7,797 nt of DNA from Vitrella brassicaformis CCMP3155 (taxonomy: Eukaryota > Protista > Chromerida), in NCBI GenBank assembly GCA_001179505.1, contig CDMY01000966.1, forward strand, positions 1-7,797, read 5' to 3'. The notes beneath the pieces are model-generated. The model was given only the letters and a program-made list of their open reading frames with translations. It ran no database searches and was not told where the DNA came from. This document shows, in pieces, positions 7,532 to 7,797 of the stretch. The number at the start of each line of letters is the position of its first letter. Positions within the stretch are counted from its first letter, which is position 1. The translations under genes and the position numbers were made by a program.

Positions 7532-7567
7532 CCGTCCATTGACTCATCCATGCAAGGCGTCAGAGAT
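7466..7567. repeat. 102-bp perfect direct repeat, copy 2. On the - strand it is 36 nt upstream plus the first 22 codons (MEAAKHAEKKNASTDLSCRPPA) of gene 3.
   Basis: Identical to 3580..3681 at an offset of 3886 bp. It contains ATG 7531. Confidence 0.97.
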
Positions 7568-7797
7568 GGGAAGAGATAATTGACAGATGGCATCCATGCA
7601 CTCGCTTGTCCAAATCGCCTCCATGAATCTATCCACATATGCCTATGCACAAAGGGCACGCTCACTCATCCGATGAGAACACCCCAGCCCCGTCCATCGC
7701 CCCAACACCACGCCATGACTGCCTCCCGCCCCTCAAACACAGGCTAGCAGCCCGCACCAATGCAACAGACAAACGAGCACGCAGCCACCCATGCACC

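Noticed and set aside
3580-7567. LTR retrotransposon or DNA transposon call for the repeat-bounded block
   Set aside because: No TG..CA termini, PBS/PPT, target-site duplication, terminal inverted repeats, gag/pol or transposase. The internal genes are intron-rich.
1-7797. CRISPR array, tRNA/rRNA genes, prokaryotic promoters/terminators, telomeric repeats
   Set aside because: No regularly spaced repeats with unique spacers, no cloverleaf or rRNA motifs, and only isolated ttaggg hexamers. The DNA is eukaryotic.

Overview
Eukaryotic, intron-rich, GC-rich genomic DNA. The ORF track fragments because the genes are spliced. Short GT-AG introns (about 55-120 nt) with (TG)n/(TCTG)n tracts before the acceptors, plus the style of the first protein, point to the chromerid alveolate Vitrella brassicaformis or a close relative (inference, not a database result). 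Three genes were rebuilt by hand with phase-consistent splicing: (1) a + strand 5-exon gene, 555..2668, 608 aa, with an N-terminal F-box-like motif; (2) a - strand gene of at least 6 exons, about 4865..3901, about 180 aa, with an uncertain 5' end, a probable GC-AG intron and a weak resemblance to the TFIIS central domain; (3) a - strand 8-exon gene, 7531..5088, 603 aa, a multi-pass membrane protein with about 11 hydrophobic segments. The most unusual feature is a perfect 102-bp direct repeat (3580..3681 = 7466..7567). It copies 36 nt of upstream sequence plus the first 22 codons of gene 3 to a site 3886 bp away, brackets most of gene 3 and all of gene 2, and heads a possible chimeric micro-ORF or spliced transcript. 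No RNA genes, CRISPR arrays, or transposase/RT genes are supported. I do not see convincing evidence of a new multi-gene system.
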